64,000 nt of DNA from Octopus vulgaris (GCA_951406725.2 OX597821.1:54808001-54872000); one strand, 5' to 3'. Positions 11,781-25,589 are shown, counted from the first letter of the stretch. The notes: generated from the sequence alone by a model not told the origin. Translations and numbers: made by a program.

Positions 11781-12874
11781 TTAAAAGGTGAGAGCTAGAG
11801 ATACTCAAAATAGAGGACATGTGGTTGTACTCAAATGGTTTGAACTTAAAAACAGAAGTTATTATTGAGGGCTAAGTTCACTTAAAGAGTGACTATAAGA
11901 GAAATCTAGGTGAGCTGATGTGGAGATAGAGATGTTGATAAATAAAATTAGGCTTGATATATATAAATATACATACATATACACGGATAAGTATATATGG
12001 GAATATATATAGATACAGAAACTAAATATATTCAGAAGACAAATACATATGTACAAGCATATAGATATTTATATATATATTGACGAATAAAAATACTTTT
12101 ACATGGGGTATAAAAAATACAGAAAAATAAGGGTAGAATGCATAGCTTTTTAACTCAACAACTGTTCCTAGGAGCTCAGAATTACATAACAATGTTCTTA
12201 ATCTAGCTTCCTTCATTAGGAGGAAAATTGGCAAATTGCAGTTCACATCACAATGTAAAAGATTTAAAGGTTGAATGGGAGAAGAGGAAGAGAGGAGTAA
12301 AAAGTAGGGAGATGGAGGACACAAGCAGCTTAGAGAGGGTGAGTAGAGAAGTAGAAGAGGAAAAAAGATATAAGAAATACAAGGTGGGGAGAGCATGGGG
12401 TGAGTAATCAGGGGAGTGATGAGTCAAAGGGATGATGGGAGGAATGAAATAAATCTGTATTGTGAAAGGAGGCCCCATTGGTGGTGGTGGTGGTGGTCAG
12501 GAATGTCATTAAGCAAACCTTTAATCAATCACAGATGTCTGAGGCTATAGAAAATTGGAGGAAGAAGCAACAAATTAAGAAGAGAGCCGAGATGGGGTAG
12601 TAGATGTGGAGGGGACTGATATAGGGAGAGGAGTACAAGGAGAATAGTGGGCAACAGATTTTGAAACAGTTAGGGATGGGAGATTGTGATATATATATAT
12701 ATATATTAACAGTTATCACCAAGCTAATATGGCAGTCCATAAATATAGGACGAAAGCTGCCGTTGATTAGCTCCAAGAGGCCATCGCCTCTAGCTAGCTA
12801 TATGACACATGAACCTGTGTTCATTATAACCTTCGAACAGGGGAGATCAGCCACTTCCTCTTGCTGGTCAGGCA

Positions 12875-12925
12875 TCGGCTGACATGTTTCGGGGTATTTG
12901 CCCTTCATCAATTTAGAGGAGCCGA
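12875..12925 (-). ncRNA. Hammerhead-like motif (variant core) in a ~230-bp module between (TA)n tracts (12707-12938)
   Basis: Minus strand ucggcu-ccucuaaa-UUGAUGA-a-GGG(caaauac)CCC-GAAAC-au-GUC-agccga; C3 replaced by U and helix I offset by an 8-nt insertion. Confidence 0.5.
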
Positions 12926-14448
12926 ACCCAGCAGGTTCATATATATATATATATGTATCTCTTTCTCTCTTTGTTTACAAATATATTTCGAAACACGCTG
13001 GAGTTGAACTAGGGACAGCTGATGAAGGGGATTTTTCCTTGTGTAGTTGTCATGTACTCTGTTTTTTCGTTGTTAAAAAAATGGTCCGTTCCATGCTGTT
13101 TTTACGTTTTTGTTTCTCGTTGAGTTCTACGTCTATTTGTGATGTCCTGTACACACGTATATATATATTTATATATGCATGTATATATACATGTAGATGT
13201 AGGTACGTACATATATGTTTGTATGTATGCATATATTTTATTTATTACACTAATGTATGACTGAGCGCCTTCGCGTCGATTCGATTCGATTCGTTTGGTT
13301 TCGTTTTGTTTCTTCTTCTCTAAGCTGGTTTTTATATATATATATATATGTATACATGTATACACAAACACATTCACACATACATGTACACAAACACACA
13401 CATGCAGGGAATAGCTCTTTCTGTTTTTATAAATATTATATTGCAGACATGAGAATGTGTGAATTTAATCTGTTTTATTAAAGATTTTGCACATTTCTTT
13501 ATTTCTCCATTCTTGTTCATTTCAGAATGGTAATGTTTGCATGTTCATTAACATTTCAAGACTTCATGGTATCAACTTATGAATGCAGTGGTGATAATAA
13601 TGAGCTGACACCATCTTTTGTTTTTGTTATAAGATTCAAGGGACCATGGAAACAATATTGTGATCAATGAAATCCTCAATATCAGAATTATTATTATTTA
13701 ATGGATACCTCCTATTAATATCATTGTTAATATCACTTGTGATTATTTTTGTTACTTTTGCTATTATCAAGCTTCCACACTTCATCCAGTTTGTGGAGAG
13801 GGTAGGGAAGTTATGAAATTTTGTGTATTTGATAACATCTGCATCATCATCCTATAAAGATTTCCAAATAAAAATAGATTAGCTACTAAATTATTAATCA
13901 AAACTATTAACAAAATATAAACCAAATATCAACAGGTACAGCATATATGAAATACACTATATTTATTAACCTGGAATAAACACAAATAATTTTATATCTG
14001 ATGATAAATATGTCCTCAGTAATAACATCATTTTTATAATCCATTTATCTTCATTATGTTATATCCAATTTCCTACTGGCGTGATTTGAACAGGTTGCCA
14101 TATTCTAAGTCAGTTGTTTGGAGTTTCGACTCTCTCTAAATGGATTGACAGACTATGCTTCACTGTATGTATTATAATAACAGTGTTCATCCATTGTTGT
14201 GACAATAACCAAGGACATCTCACGGGAGAAGAAGATGGGTCACAGTAAGTCAGACTATGATCAGTTAGGTCATTGTGTGCTTAGAAGGTTCTGCTACAGG
14301 TTGAGCAATGGTAGTCAGCTGGGAATGAAAGATTCAAGGGACCATGGAATGATGTCGCTGTAATTAATGAAATCTTCAACAACAGATATAATATTTAATG
14401 AATATGTCTTATTGGAGTCATTGTATGCATTATACTGTTTTGCAATAC

Positions 14449-14499
<51 letters not shown>

Positions 14500-15436
14500 C
14501 ATACATACATACATGTATGCATGTGTGTTGTGTGTGTATATACGTGTGTGTGCATGTGTATACACACACACACACACAAGCATCCTTACACTAACTAATG
14601 ATGATTTAGAATCTGCATAACCATAAAATTTCTATGAAAATGCAGTGGGTTTGTCCTTAATTATATATATGTTTGAAACTGTTTGCTTTTTAATATAATA
14701 TTCATGACAAATTCTTCATACATAGGGACATATTTTCCTTCTTTAGGTTATAATTCTCTCTTTATGCCACAATGCAAAATGCATCATCATCATTTTAACA
14801 TTGACTTTTCTGTGCTTGCATGGGTCAGACAGATTCCATAGAAGCAGATTTTCTATGGCCAGATATTCTTCAGCTTAATCATCAAAAAAATTTAAAGAAT
14901 TGCAGATTTCAACACAAGTAGAATTATGTTGCTTAAGATGGTTATTGCCACACTGTACACTGTGTTACTAAGTCTAGTGGATGTATTATTCAAAAATAGA
15001 TATAGAACCTTTTCTAATTCTGTGCTTCTGAAATGTATTATTAGACCTAAAAGCAAATTACACTGTTACAGTTTATAAATTTTTGACAAATTTATATACA
15101 AAACTTCTCATCATGAAAAAGTAGTGTTCTTCAGAGAGGAGACTGAAAGTGAATATGACAAAAAATGTCTTGCATAAGTAACAAGCCAAATATAGACACA
15201 AAGAAGTAAGGAAAGAAGAATAAGGAACAAGAATTTAAATGGTTTACAAACTAAAATGCTAATTAACTAAATAGTTGTGCATAGTATTAAAAAGAAAAGA
15301 TATATATTCTTAGAGAGAGGAATGCAAGCAAATAACAAATATGCATATTGGTGAAATAAATTATACCTTTAGGTCTTAATTTTGTACTCTCTCATTATGT
15401 CACTATCTGCCAGTATATATGATAGAATGGTTCCAG

Positions 15437-15570
15437 GTAAATTCCACTGCAGTAAATTCCACCATGGAAAAAATTCCACCAGGTAAATTTCACAATAGAT
15501 AAATTCCTCCACAGTTTATTCCACTATGGTAAATTCCACCCACTAATAATCACTATGGTAAATTTTCTCT
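15437..15570 (+). repeat. Degenerate ~15-bp tandem array (ggtaaattccaccat)
   Basis: About 8-9 diverged units; resembles subterminal repeats of a DNA transposon. Confidence 0.75.
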
Positions 15571-16182
15571 AGACCATGGATCAATACCTATGTTATCTAA
15601 TCTGTCTATCTCTGCAGTCTTAAGATAGATAGACAGACAGAGAGAGTCTGAAGGTGAGATAAAAAATAATCTTTATAATCAACTTGAATTGGGATGGGAT
15701 CACTTTAATGTACTCCCATCGAGCAAGAATCTATGAAAAAGACTCATCACAAAATTTCAAAAATAATATAATTTGGGATAAAGGAAGATAAGATTAAATT
15801 TTAGCCCACATTTTATTATAACAATAGGATAAAAAATAACAGCGTGTACATTGTGAAACCATGTGGTTGTGAAGCAAGCTTTTTACCATACATCTACGCC
15901 TGTGCCTGTGAACGTTGAAAGGACAAAATCAGGAGGACAGACAATAATTCTTTGGGGATATTATGAAATACCTTGACTGAGTGATTTGACTCAAACAGAT
16001 AACAGAGAAGTGATGTGAAACAGAAGCAGGATTTATGGGCGTGGGGTGAATCATTTTTTGTTTACTTTTCTAATTGGTGCTACATATTTTTTACTTTTTA
16101 CCATTCAGAATTGTGGAATATCTGAAAAGCCTTATGATGTTTGTATGTAACTTTTGCAAAGACAATGAAATTTTAAATTTCA

Positions 16183-16310
16183 TGAAGCTTGTTTCCCAAC
16201 CACATGGTCCTGGGTTCGGTCCCACTGTGTAGAACCTTGCACTACTGTCTTTTGCTATAGCTACTGGCCAACCAAAGTCTTGTAGACAGAAACTGAAAGA
16301 TGCCCGTCAA

Positions 16311-16358
<48 letters not shown>

Positions 16359-16548
16359 CCTCCACCATCACTTGACAACTGATGTTGGTGTGTTTATGTT
16401 CCTGTAACTTAGCAGTTCAGCTAAAGAAGCTGATAGAATAAGTACTAGGCTTACAAAGAATAATATCTGGGGCCAATTTCTTTGACTAAAATCCCTTTAA
16501 AGCAGTGCTCCAGCATGGCTTCAGTCAACTAGCTGACACAAGTAAATG
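16183..16548 (+). mobile_element. tRNA-derived SINE, family A (Octopus-type, central TG/TA microsatellite)
   Basis: ccaaccacatggt..gggttcggtcccact...gaaactgaaaga..(TG)n..gatagaataagtact...gctccagcatgg...acaagtaa. Confidence 0.85.
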
Positions 16549-16819
16549 AATAGTTTAAATCTAAAAATTACATTCCATTAAATGAAAAACTGAACCATTC
16601 TCCAAAAACTTATTATTTACCACAGTATCATATTGATTTATCCTCTTTTAGGCAACAGGAACAGTAAAATCAAACATTGCAGAAGTATTGCTAATTTGTT
16701 CCTTAAAATAACTGATATACAAATGCATTCCAGAAGTCTTGAGACATTTTCAGGAGAAAGATTTATTAATTTCGAAGAAGTACAGAACCCTAATCTTCTG
16801 AAAAGCAAAATCCTCTGAC

Positions 16820-17420
16820 TTCAACACCTGTTATAGTGATCCAGCCACTTCCTGAAGTCCTGTATGGTAGTCTTCCAAAGTGAACATGTCCAGAACCTGA
16901 GTCGCAACCCACTTCATTTTTCAAGACTACCCATAACATTATCTCTCAGCTTGGGGAATAATCAAAAACCATAGGGAGCAAGGTAGGGAGGGTGAGGGAC
17001 AGTTCTGATGTCCAGCACTGTCAAGTAATTAGTTACCAGAATGCTCATCACTGAGCACTCTGAAACAAATTTTGCACAAATTTTGTACATGTTCATATCA
17101 ACAATTCTGTGTACAGTTGCCACACCAACTCCAAATTTTATGTTTGTTGTCTTTATAGGTACACAACGTGCTTCATCCAGAAAATTGCAAATTTTCTCTG
17201 ATGTTTAAACATCTCTCTCTCTTTCTCACCCACATCTCTCATCACCTCTCACCTCCTCTCTACCATCCTTGAACTCCTTGTGCCAATGAAAAACAGATGT
17301 CAGCTCATACAAGTTAACATATAAGCTGTCAAGCACTTCATAAGTGTCTGTAGTAGTTTTGCCTGATTTGACATACAACTTTATTGCATAGCAAGCTTCT
17401 AGACATCCTGACTGCATTCT
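16820..17420 (-). pseudogene. Mariner-type transposase remnant
   Basis: YAIKLYVKSGKTTTDTYEVL...VFHWHKEFKDGREEVRGDERCG (mariner HTH) and HPPYLAPYGF*LFPKL (decayed YSPDLAP motif, ~16950-17000). Confidence 0.75.
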
Positions 17421-17574
17421 GCGAACAAGTCTGTTTATGACAAGTAATGTTTAGTAAGGTGTGTTCCACGTGCTGTTACAGCTGCCGTCTTCAATCTGGA
17501 ATGACAAAGTTGGCAGGTCAGCTTATGAGATGTATAATAATAATGTATTAAAATTACAGTAATCTAGAACAGTT

Positions 17575-17839
17575 TGTGGAGGCACGTGGCTTAGTGGTTA
17601 GGATGTCAGCATCATGATTGTAAGATTGTGGTTTCGATTCCTAGACCAGGCAACGTGTTGTGTTCTTGAGAGCAAAACACTTCATTTCATGTTGCTCCAG
17701 TCCACTCAGCTGGCAAAAATGAGTAACGCTGCGATGGACAGGTGCCCTGTCCTGCTGGGGAATACATATGCCATTGAAACCAGGAAACCGGGCCCATGAG
17801 CCTGGCTAGGCTTTAAAAGGGCGCATTTATTATTTTTTA
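17575..17839 (+). mobile_element. tRNA-derived SINE, family C, with 14-bp TSD
   Basis: A box tggcttagtgg and B box ggtttcgattcc; TSD aatctagaacagtt at 17561-17574 and 17840-17853. Related copies at ~40645-40955(-) and ~54415-54725(-). Confidence 0.9.
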
Positions 17840-18336
17840 AATCTAGAACAGTTATAACTGCCTTTCCTTAAAAAAGTCTCAAAACTTCCAGTGTAATTTG
17901 GAACAAAATTTTGAATTTGATTTTAGATAACCCATATGCAAAAATTAGTCATTAGATATATTTTCAGCTTGAACCAGTAAAGTCATTTGGGAAAATGTTT
18001 GCTCATTCTTCCTAAAATTGTTCAATAATTGCTGTAAAATATATAGAAAATATCCAATAAAATTGTTGATATTTAGTGATATTTGGCTAAATTTATGACT
18101 AGAAAAACTCTAAGATGGATATTTGTAGTCAAAAAGGCAAGGCTCACTCAAAAGTATTTGGATATCATACTATGACTCATCTATGCTATCATTAACTGAA
18201 ATGCTAAAGCTATTTTAAATTCCAAGTTCATTTTTCCATGTTTTAATCCAAATATGCAAACATCTTATGTCACGCATATTTAAATGAACATATATTAGAT
18301 AGATAGATAGATAAATGATAGATAGATAGATAAATT

Positions 18337-18380
<44 letters not shown>

Positions 18381-18389
18381 AGAGAGAGA

Positions 18390-18467
18390 AAGAAAGAGAG
18401 AGAGTGGCAACCAGGCAGATAGACAGGTACCTGTCTATCTGCCTGGTTGCCACTCTCTCTCTTTCTT
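18390..18467. repeat. Perfect spacerless palindrome (39-bp arms) next to (GATA)n
   Basis: aagaaagagagagagtggcaaccaggcagatagacaggt|acctgtctatctgcctggttgccactctctctctttctt. Confidence 0.95.
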
Positions 18468-18635
18468 ATGATTCATTAAAATTATCTCCATCTCTAGAAG
18501 ATATATCATAATTACAAAATGGCAATTAAGACCCACTTTGCTTGGAAAAGAAAGTTAATTTCAAGATTCAAGAATTCTTCAAAGTTGACATATCGTTAAG
18601 AAAAAGGACAAGCTTTTCTGGAAATAACTGACAGT

Positions 18636-18678
18636 CATGAACACGTGTTTCTGTCACAAGAACCATCATCAGTACAAC
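18636..18678 (-). ncRNA. Degenerate PLE-type hammerhead core
   Basis: Minus strand ugua-CUGAUGA-ugguucuugugaca-GAAAC-acgu-GUU; palindromic aacacgtgtt in the helix III position, but helices I and II are damaged. Confidence 0.4.
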
Positions 18679-19529
18679 AACTGCCCAACCTTATCTTCAG
18701 TAGCCAAGGAACTATGGTGAAAAACATATGCAAAAAGAGTAGAACATATTTATGGCCTAGCAAATTTGAATAATTTAAAAAACTCAAATGAAGTAAAAGA
18801 AATAATTCAAAGGCCGGTGGCATGTATTTGAATGTAATAGACTAATAATACAGGTACATTAGATATCATACAGCATATTTACATCCCAAATCATACCAGT
18901 ATGCAATCCATGTTAGCATGGAAAATGGATGCTAAATTGTCATCATCATCATCATCATCAGTTAACGCCTGTTTTCCATGTTGGCATGGTTTGGAGAGTT
19001 TGATTGAAAACTGGTAAGCTGGGGATGGGGCTACACCAGCTCCAATCTGATTTGGAATGGTTTATACAGCTGAATGCCTTTTCTAATGCCAACCACTCCA
19101 AAAGTGCAGTGGGGGCCTTTCATGTGCCACCAACAAAGGTGCCAGTTATGAAACACTGATATCAGTTACAACTGTGATCTCATGTGGTTTGACATGTCTT
19201 CTCAGGCATGGTATATTGCCAAAGGTCTCAGACACTTGTCACTGCCTCTATGAGACCCAAAGTTCAAAGGGTGCCATTTACGCAACACTGGCATCAGCCA
19301 TAACTATGATTTCATTTTGCTTGATGGGTCTTCTCAAAGCACACCATATTGCCCAACGTTTGATGGGTACTTTTCTATGTGCTACCAACACAAGTTTCAA
19401 TTACATGACACTGGCATTGGCCACAACTATGATTCCACTTGGCTTGATGGATCTTTTCAAGCATGGTATATTCCCAAAGAACTCGTCCACTTGTCATTGC
19501 CTCTGTGAGGCCCAACATTCGAAGATCAT

Positions 19530-20350
19530 ACTTTACCATCTTGTCTCATGTCTTCCTGGGTCTACTCTCTCTACAGGCTCCCTCCATCATTACAGATCAG
19601 CACTTCCTCACACAGCTGTCCTCATTTATACCCATCACGACTATACTAGTACAGTCATCTCTCTTGCACACTACATCTGATGGCTCTAATGTCCAACTTT
19701 TCTCTCCTGATATTTACACACTGTTGTGTATGCACACTGACATTGCACATCCATTTCTTTCAAGTCTTCACATGTCCTTGGCGATCACAGCCCATGTTTC
19801 ACTGCTGTGTAGCATAGCTGTTCACACACATGCATCATACAATTTGCCTTGCACTTTCAGGGAAAGGCCTTTGTTACCAACAGAGGTAGGAGCTCTCAGA
19901 TCTTTGCCTAGCCTATTCTTATTCTAGCAGCTATGCTCTCGGAGCATCCACCTCCACTACTGACTTTGTCACCTAAGTAACAGAAGCTATCAACTACTTC
20001 TAGATTTCCCCCTTGCATTTGTTGGAGTCTATTTTCTGTACATTTTTAGTGTTAATTGTACCTGTGCACCTTCCACACACAAAATCTATTTTACCTGTTA
20101 ACCTTCTTCTGATATTGTTGCACCTCTTATGCGTCCATAGCTTACACTGGGGACATCTTATGGAGTTACTAACTATGCCTTTTCTACAGATTAAGCAGAG
20201 CCATCTACCTGAAAGGATTTGAGATTTGTGCTCTTTCCTACTTACTAAGACTTTGGCTTTTGCTAGGTTAACTCTAAGGCCCTTTGATTCTAGACCTTAC
20301 TTCCATGCCTAAACTTTATTCTCTAGTTCTTTTAGTGATTTAGCTATAAC
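19530..20350 (-). mobile_element. RTE-clade LINE 3' remnant
   Basis: Reverse complement is homologous to 57930-58610 (LEVVDSFCYLGD..., LKVQGKLYDACV...). Confidence 0.8.
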
Positions 20351-21581
20351 AGTGGTTCTCAAACTATTTTTCTCTGGGCTGCAATTTCAGACTGAAAATT
20401 TGCTCAGGCCTCACCAAAGCTCTAGAGAGAGGATTAAAGGGAGATAACTGCAGATTCAAAATCAGAACATTATTATTTCTCCTCCAATTTGCAGACCACA
20501 TTATTATTATTACAACTGGATGCCTTTCCTAATGCCAGCCACCTTACAGGGTGGACTGGGTGCTCTTTTACATAGCACCGGTACCAGCGGAAGAAACTGC
20601 TAAGCGAATCACATTCAAATTTTCAAGATCATATTAAGAACAAAAATATACATCATTTTGATTCTCACAATTCTACATGTAAATGATAATCTATCATTAA
20701 TTTGACAGACATTAACATGCGTCAGCAAATATTTTGTTTGCTAAATTTTATATAAAGGAACCGCCATGCTTGTATGTAGATTTATTAATCCTCAGATAGC
20801 TGTGATTGAAGAGGACAACAAGGTCAAAACGGCAATATTTCAGCATGCCCCTATGTTAATGAATCTAATGTGGTGTCAGCACGTTGTTTGAAAGGAAATG
20901 TTCTCTGAAGATGAAACACAACTTCAAATAACATATTCATGTACAAGCATATATACATATACATACACATAAACACATAGATACAGACATGCATTTGCAC
21001 ACACATATATACACATACAGACGCATATCGGTATATTACTAAATACACTCTGCTATATATTATATATATGGAAAACACACATATATCACATGCATTCATA
21101 TATGTATATATATTTTTACATATATACACATAAAAGCCAAGTATCTGCAAATCTGATCAAGCTGGCTTTGCTGATGTATTATATTACATAATGAAATCAA
21201 ATAAAATAAGTTGAAAAAATAATGAAAAACTATTAAAATAAAATAAATTAATGAAAACAAGCGATAAAAGAATGATTTTACATGCCTATGGCTTTAACAT
21301 CAAGTTGGTTAAGTGCATTTCATTGCCTGTCGAACAAATGAATACGTTCATGTACGTGCATACACTTCCATATAAAGATATGTTTTTATACACAAGCACA
21401 TACACATAAATATATACATACGTATATATGCACATACATATACACATGCATGCATACAGAGACATACATATACAAACACACATACATATAAGCTTTGTAT
21501 TTATTGTGACAATCATGTGCACGTATGTATGCATGTGATAGGAGGTTGGTGGTTTATATAAAAGAAGACTTGTGAGGAAAG

Positions 21582-21621
<40 letters not shown>

Positions 21622-21625
21622 CTAT

Positions 21626-21675
<50 letters not shown>

Positions 21676-21679
21676 CTAT

Positions 21680-21711
<32 letters not shown>

Positions 21712-22808
21712 ATGCCATTTAAAAAGCATCCAGTTCATTCTGTAAAGTGGTTGGCATTAGGAAGGGTACTCAGCCATAAAATATATGCCGAAGGAGACAG
21801 TGGAGCTTGGCATAGTCCTTTATATATACATATGTGCAGAGGTATATACATATATACAGAGTACATGTGTATATAGTTCTCTATGTAAATGCAGAAAAAC
21901 AGATAATGAGGTACATATAAAAATACAAAAATAGATGAAGCACAATGATGATGTATGAACCATTTAGTAAAGAAATGTGGATTGTGTAAGCAGATTACAT
22001 AGTGTAAATCTAGCATTTATGTAAGGGACATGCATATAAGGTAGAGGTTAGTGTAATAGTAGTGAACCACAAGAAAAGAGATGAAAATGTATGTGAAGGT
22101 AGACAAAACACAAACTCCAGAGTTAGTAAAACCATGTGCTACATCATGTAGTGGATAACCAGAAGAATCATACAATAAACGTCTTTTGGTGATTGTAGAT
22201 ATATGAGTATATATGGGTATGTATTTATGTGTATATTTGTATTTGAATATATATGTGTGTGTGTGGGTAGCTATATATTATATGCCCACATATTGTATGC
22301 ATAAATAATTATATTTCTATCATTTATCAATATTTATATGCTAATATATGAATGTGTTCAGATGTGTAAATAGTTGCTTAAATAAAATTCACTGTGATGC
22401 TAAAAAGATACTGGGTGATATGGGTAAATTGTCACTATTTTATATTTTTAATTTTGCACAGGTGCATTTTTTTGTTTTTCATTTTGTTGAGAAAAACAGC
22501 AGCTTGACACAATTTAATCAGCCAGAAATTTGGAAACGACATGCTGTACTGCTTGGTATTGGTGCTAGAAGCACCAATACCTGTGGCAAACAGAATGTCT
22601 CTATATGCGGGATTGTTGGAGACCGCTTGTGAAATCCACATATTCCCACGAAACTTCTTCCAATTAAAGAAGCCGACTCAACCCGCCCAGGGTGAATGTC
22701 ACCACAAGTACAAGTAAGTAAGTAATACAAACATTAAGTGATGATAACGATGATGATGATGATAATTGCTGGTTAGACAACTTGCCCTATGACAGCCAAT
22801 GTATCTTA

Positions 22809-24000
22809 CTAGTGCAGCACCATATATCTTGGACTACCAATTAATGTGTTTGGGAGAACATATTTTCTACCATTCCAATCACTATTCCCTGTAATGAATT
22901 GCCATGTCGACTGGTCTGAATATGCTGCAAATGAGTATACTTGGACTTTGGCAAATTGGTCACAATGAAACTGTTGGAATAAACAGTTTACATGATGCAG
23001 TTTATTATCCAAATCAGCTTCTTCATTACCCCAAAACAGAATATAATTAAAGACCAGTTTGTCTTCTATTCCTTCTTTGGTTTTTGTACATAGGGTTGCA
23101 TCTATTCTAAGCCACCAGAGAGAAAAAAATGTATGAAAACATAGTGGAGTCATAGGCCTGATGAAAATTGCTAAATATTTGAAGATTTTGCTGCTTGTTT
23201 ACTTCTCATAGCTTGTTTGCTAACATTCTTCCAGTTTGATGAGATTCCTCGTTATTAACATGTATGAATACAGCTACATCATTGCATGTAGACAAGTTGT
23301 ACCTTCTGGAGTGTTCATAATCTGGCCTTTGTAAGCATATAACATTTTCAGGTATTGCATCAGCATCAATTTGCTCTTGAATAGAGAGGAATGAGTGCAA
23401 ACGTGTTGAAATTGCAGCTGAATGAAGTATGTGGAAAATAACAGCATTGAAATTTTCTCCACTATCTGCTGCTAATCTCTGCATAGCCTGTCAAATTTAC
23501 ACTTCAGAATCATAAAAACATCATGATGCACCAGTAACACAGTTTCCTAGAGTTCTGAAAACAATTTTATGAATTCTGTAAATGGAAATTCCTTAAGCAA
23601 AAGAACCAATGTTTACTTTTATACTACACAATAACCGTAGTGCTTTTGAATCTCTGTATGTTTCTTTTGAACTATTTTGATCCTGATAAATCATTTATAA
23701 ACAACTCATGTATTTATAGACTACAAATATTTACTCTTGGATTGTTTCCCCTGCCACTGCCCTGTTGCTACAGGTGAGAAAACTCAAATGGTGACAGGGT
23801 GCACCTACAGTGTGCTAAAGGTTAAACCATATTTATAGCAAATCTCGCTCTCTCAAGAAGATTAGGGGGTTACAATGACAGCCTCTCAGACCCATAAAAT
23901 CACACTTATGATATGTTTTGTTAACAACTATTTCCAATATTCAATCCATGCCATGCTGTCTTGCAACATTCCTCATCCTTCTCTTTGATTTTGATAATTG
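22809..24000 (-). pseudogene. Helitron Rep/helicase N-terminal remnant
   Basis: Fragments HSRRYNLSTCNDVAVFI, LFQQFHCDQFAKVQ and GRKYVLPNTLIGSPRYM match Helitron motifs RYN.PT..EVA, LFQQY.VD.YAK+E and G...LPSSF.GSPRYM. Upstream boundary approximate. Confidence 0.8.
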
Positions 24001-25589
24001 ATACTGTTTGAGCAGTTAGTTGCAGTTTTTGCTCTTGAGAAAATTATTGGCATGTTTGGCTCAGCTTTCCTAAAGTTGTTAGATCACAGTTCCATTTTTA
24101 AAAGAAATTTACCATGCTCCACCTCCCTATATTTTAAGAATAAGAAAGTCATGGTTCTTTTCTGCCTGCGGTGATTTGACACATTTTTGCTAAAATCAAC
24201 CATATCACTATTTCTGCATTTCATAGTGGAAATATTAATTTCTGCTATAAAATAACATGAAACTGTTTAATTTACAAAGTGCTTACAAAACTTTCCTTTA
24301 GAGAAAACGCCACCCTTGAGACAACTCTATTTTGTTTTGCAAAAAGTCTTAAACTACATATCGTTTATTCTTTTAAGGAAACTAAATTGTATAGTTTTTT
24401 TTTATTTACATTTGTGAGATAAGTGATGCGGAATAAAAGAAAATTACTCACATATATTTAACAAATATAATTATGCTGTTTGTTTCCATTAAAAAAAAAA
24501 TAATTAGTTTTTTTCACATGAGAATTAATATTAAAAAGAATCAGCAATGGCTACTGAGTTTTAAAAGATCAAATTCAAAATCAACACTGTTAATATAAAT
24601 ATATACAAAAAAAAAATAGATTAAAAATGATGAGAAAAAATTACAAAATCATCTTTAAAAAACAAAATAGAAAAAAATTATCTCTCAGCCATGTTTCTTG
24701 AGAAGAAAAATCAAATGTAGTGTTAATAGAATATATAAAAGAAAATTATTTTTCTCTCAAGTAAAAAATGCCAAAAATCATCACAGCTCTTGTAATTTCT
24801 TTTCTTTTTACAGAAATAATAGTTTCTACTGTAGGCATAAGGTTAGCAAGCCTAAGAAGAAGGGCTTAGACAACACTATCAATCCCAGTACTTGATTGAT
24901 GCTTTATTTTATCAAAAACTCACTGGGATGAAAGGTAAAATTGATGTCAGCAGGATTTGAACTCAGAATGCAAATTGCTTGAACAAATGTTACAATGACT
25001 TTTTTCATGAATTCTCCATGAATTCTACAACTATTATTTCTCAATTATTAGATAATTTTATTACAAACAGAAAAAAAGAGGCTTAGTGGAAAAGTTGTAT
25101 TTGTTTATTTTTGTACAATAAATCGAATCTTGGTTTAATGTTTGTCAATATTAGTATCAAGGCAATTTAATGTGTTTTTAATAATATATATATTTCTTTT
25201 TTTATTTAATTCCAGTCAACATTAGAAATACTGATTTGCATGAATATATTGTAACAAATGGTGGAAGGTTCTCAATCATTAATTCAGACAACATTGGAAA
25301 TTCTGCACAAACACAATGTGAAAAAAGCATTCGAGGTTTTTGGAAAAAATTCAAGCCTGAGAGTTGACACACTTGAGTGTTCTGCATATTTTTAGTGAGT
25401 TTTTAATGGCAGTTGCTTTAGACACTCAGTTTCTATTGTGAACAATTTAAGAAGCAGCAGTAACATGAAAATTGCAGATAATCCTCGTTCTAATAATCGT
25501 TTTTAAACATAAATCAGAAACACTGGGACACAAGATGGATTCCAGTCACACACACACACACACACACACGCAAATAACTAATCTTTCAC

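Noticed and set aside
11674-11805. Exact short tandem duplications flanked by (TA)n (also 21585-21712)
   Set aside because: Most simply microsatellite slippage or assembly stutter.
13019-13040. CUGAUGA plus hairpin (also 36881-36903 on minus, and 51340)
   Set aside because: No GAAA/UH after helix II, so not a complete hammerhead; at most a truncated remnant.
14335-14370. GPWNDV peptide resembling a C-type lectin WND motif
   Set aside because: No supporting cysteines or open frame; too short.
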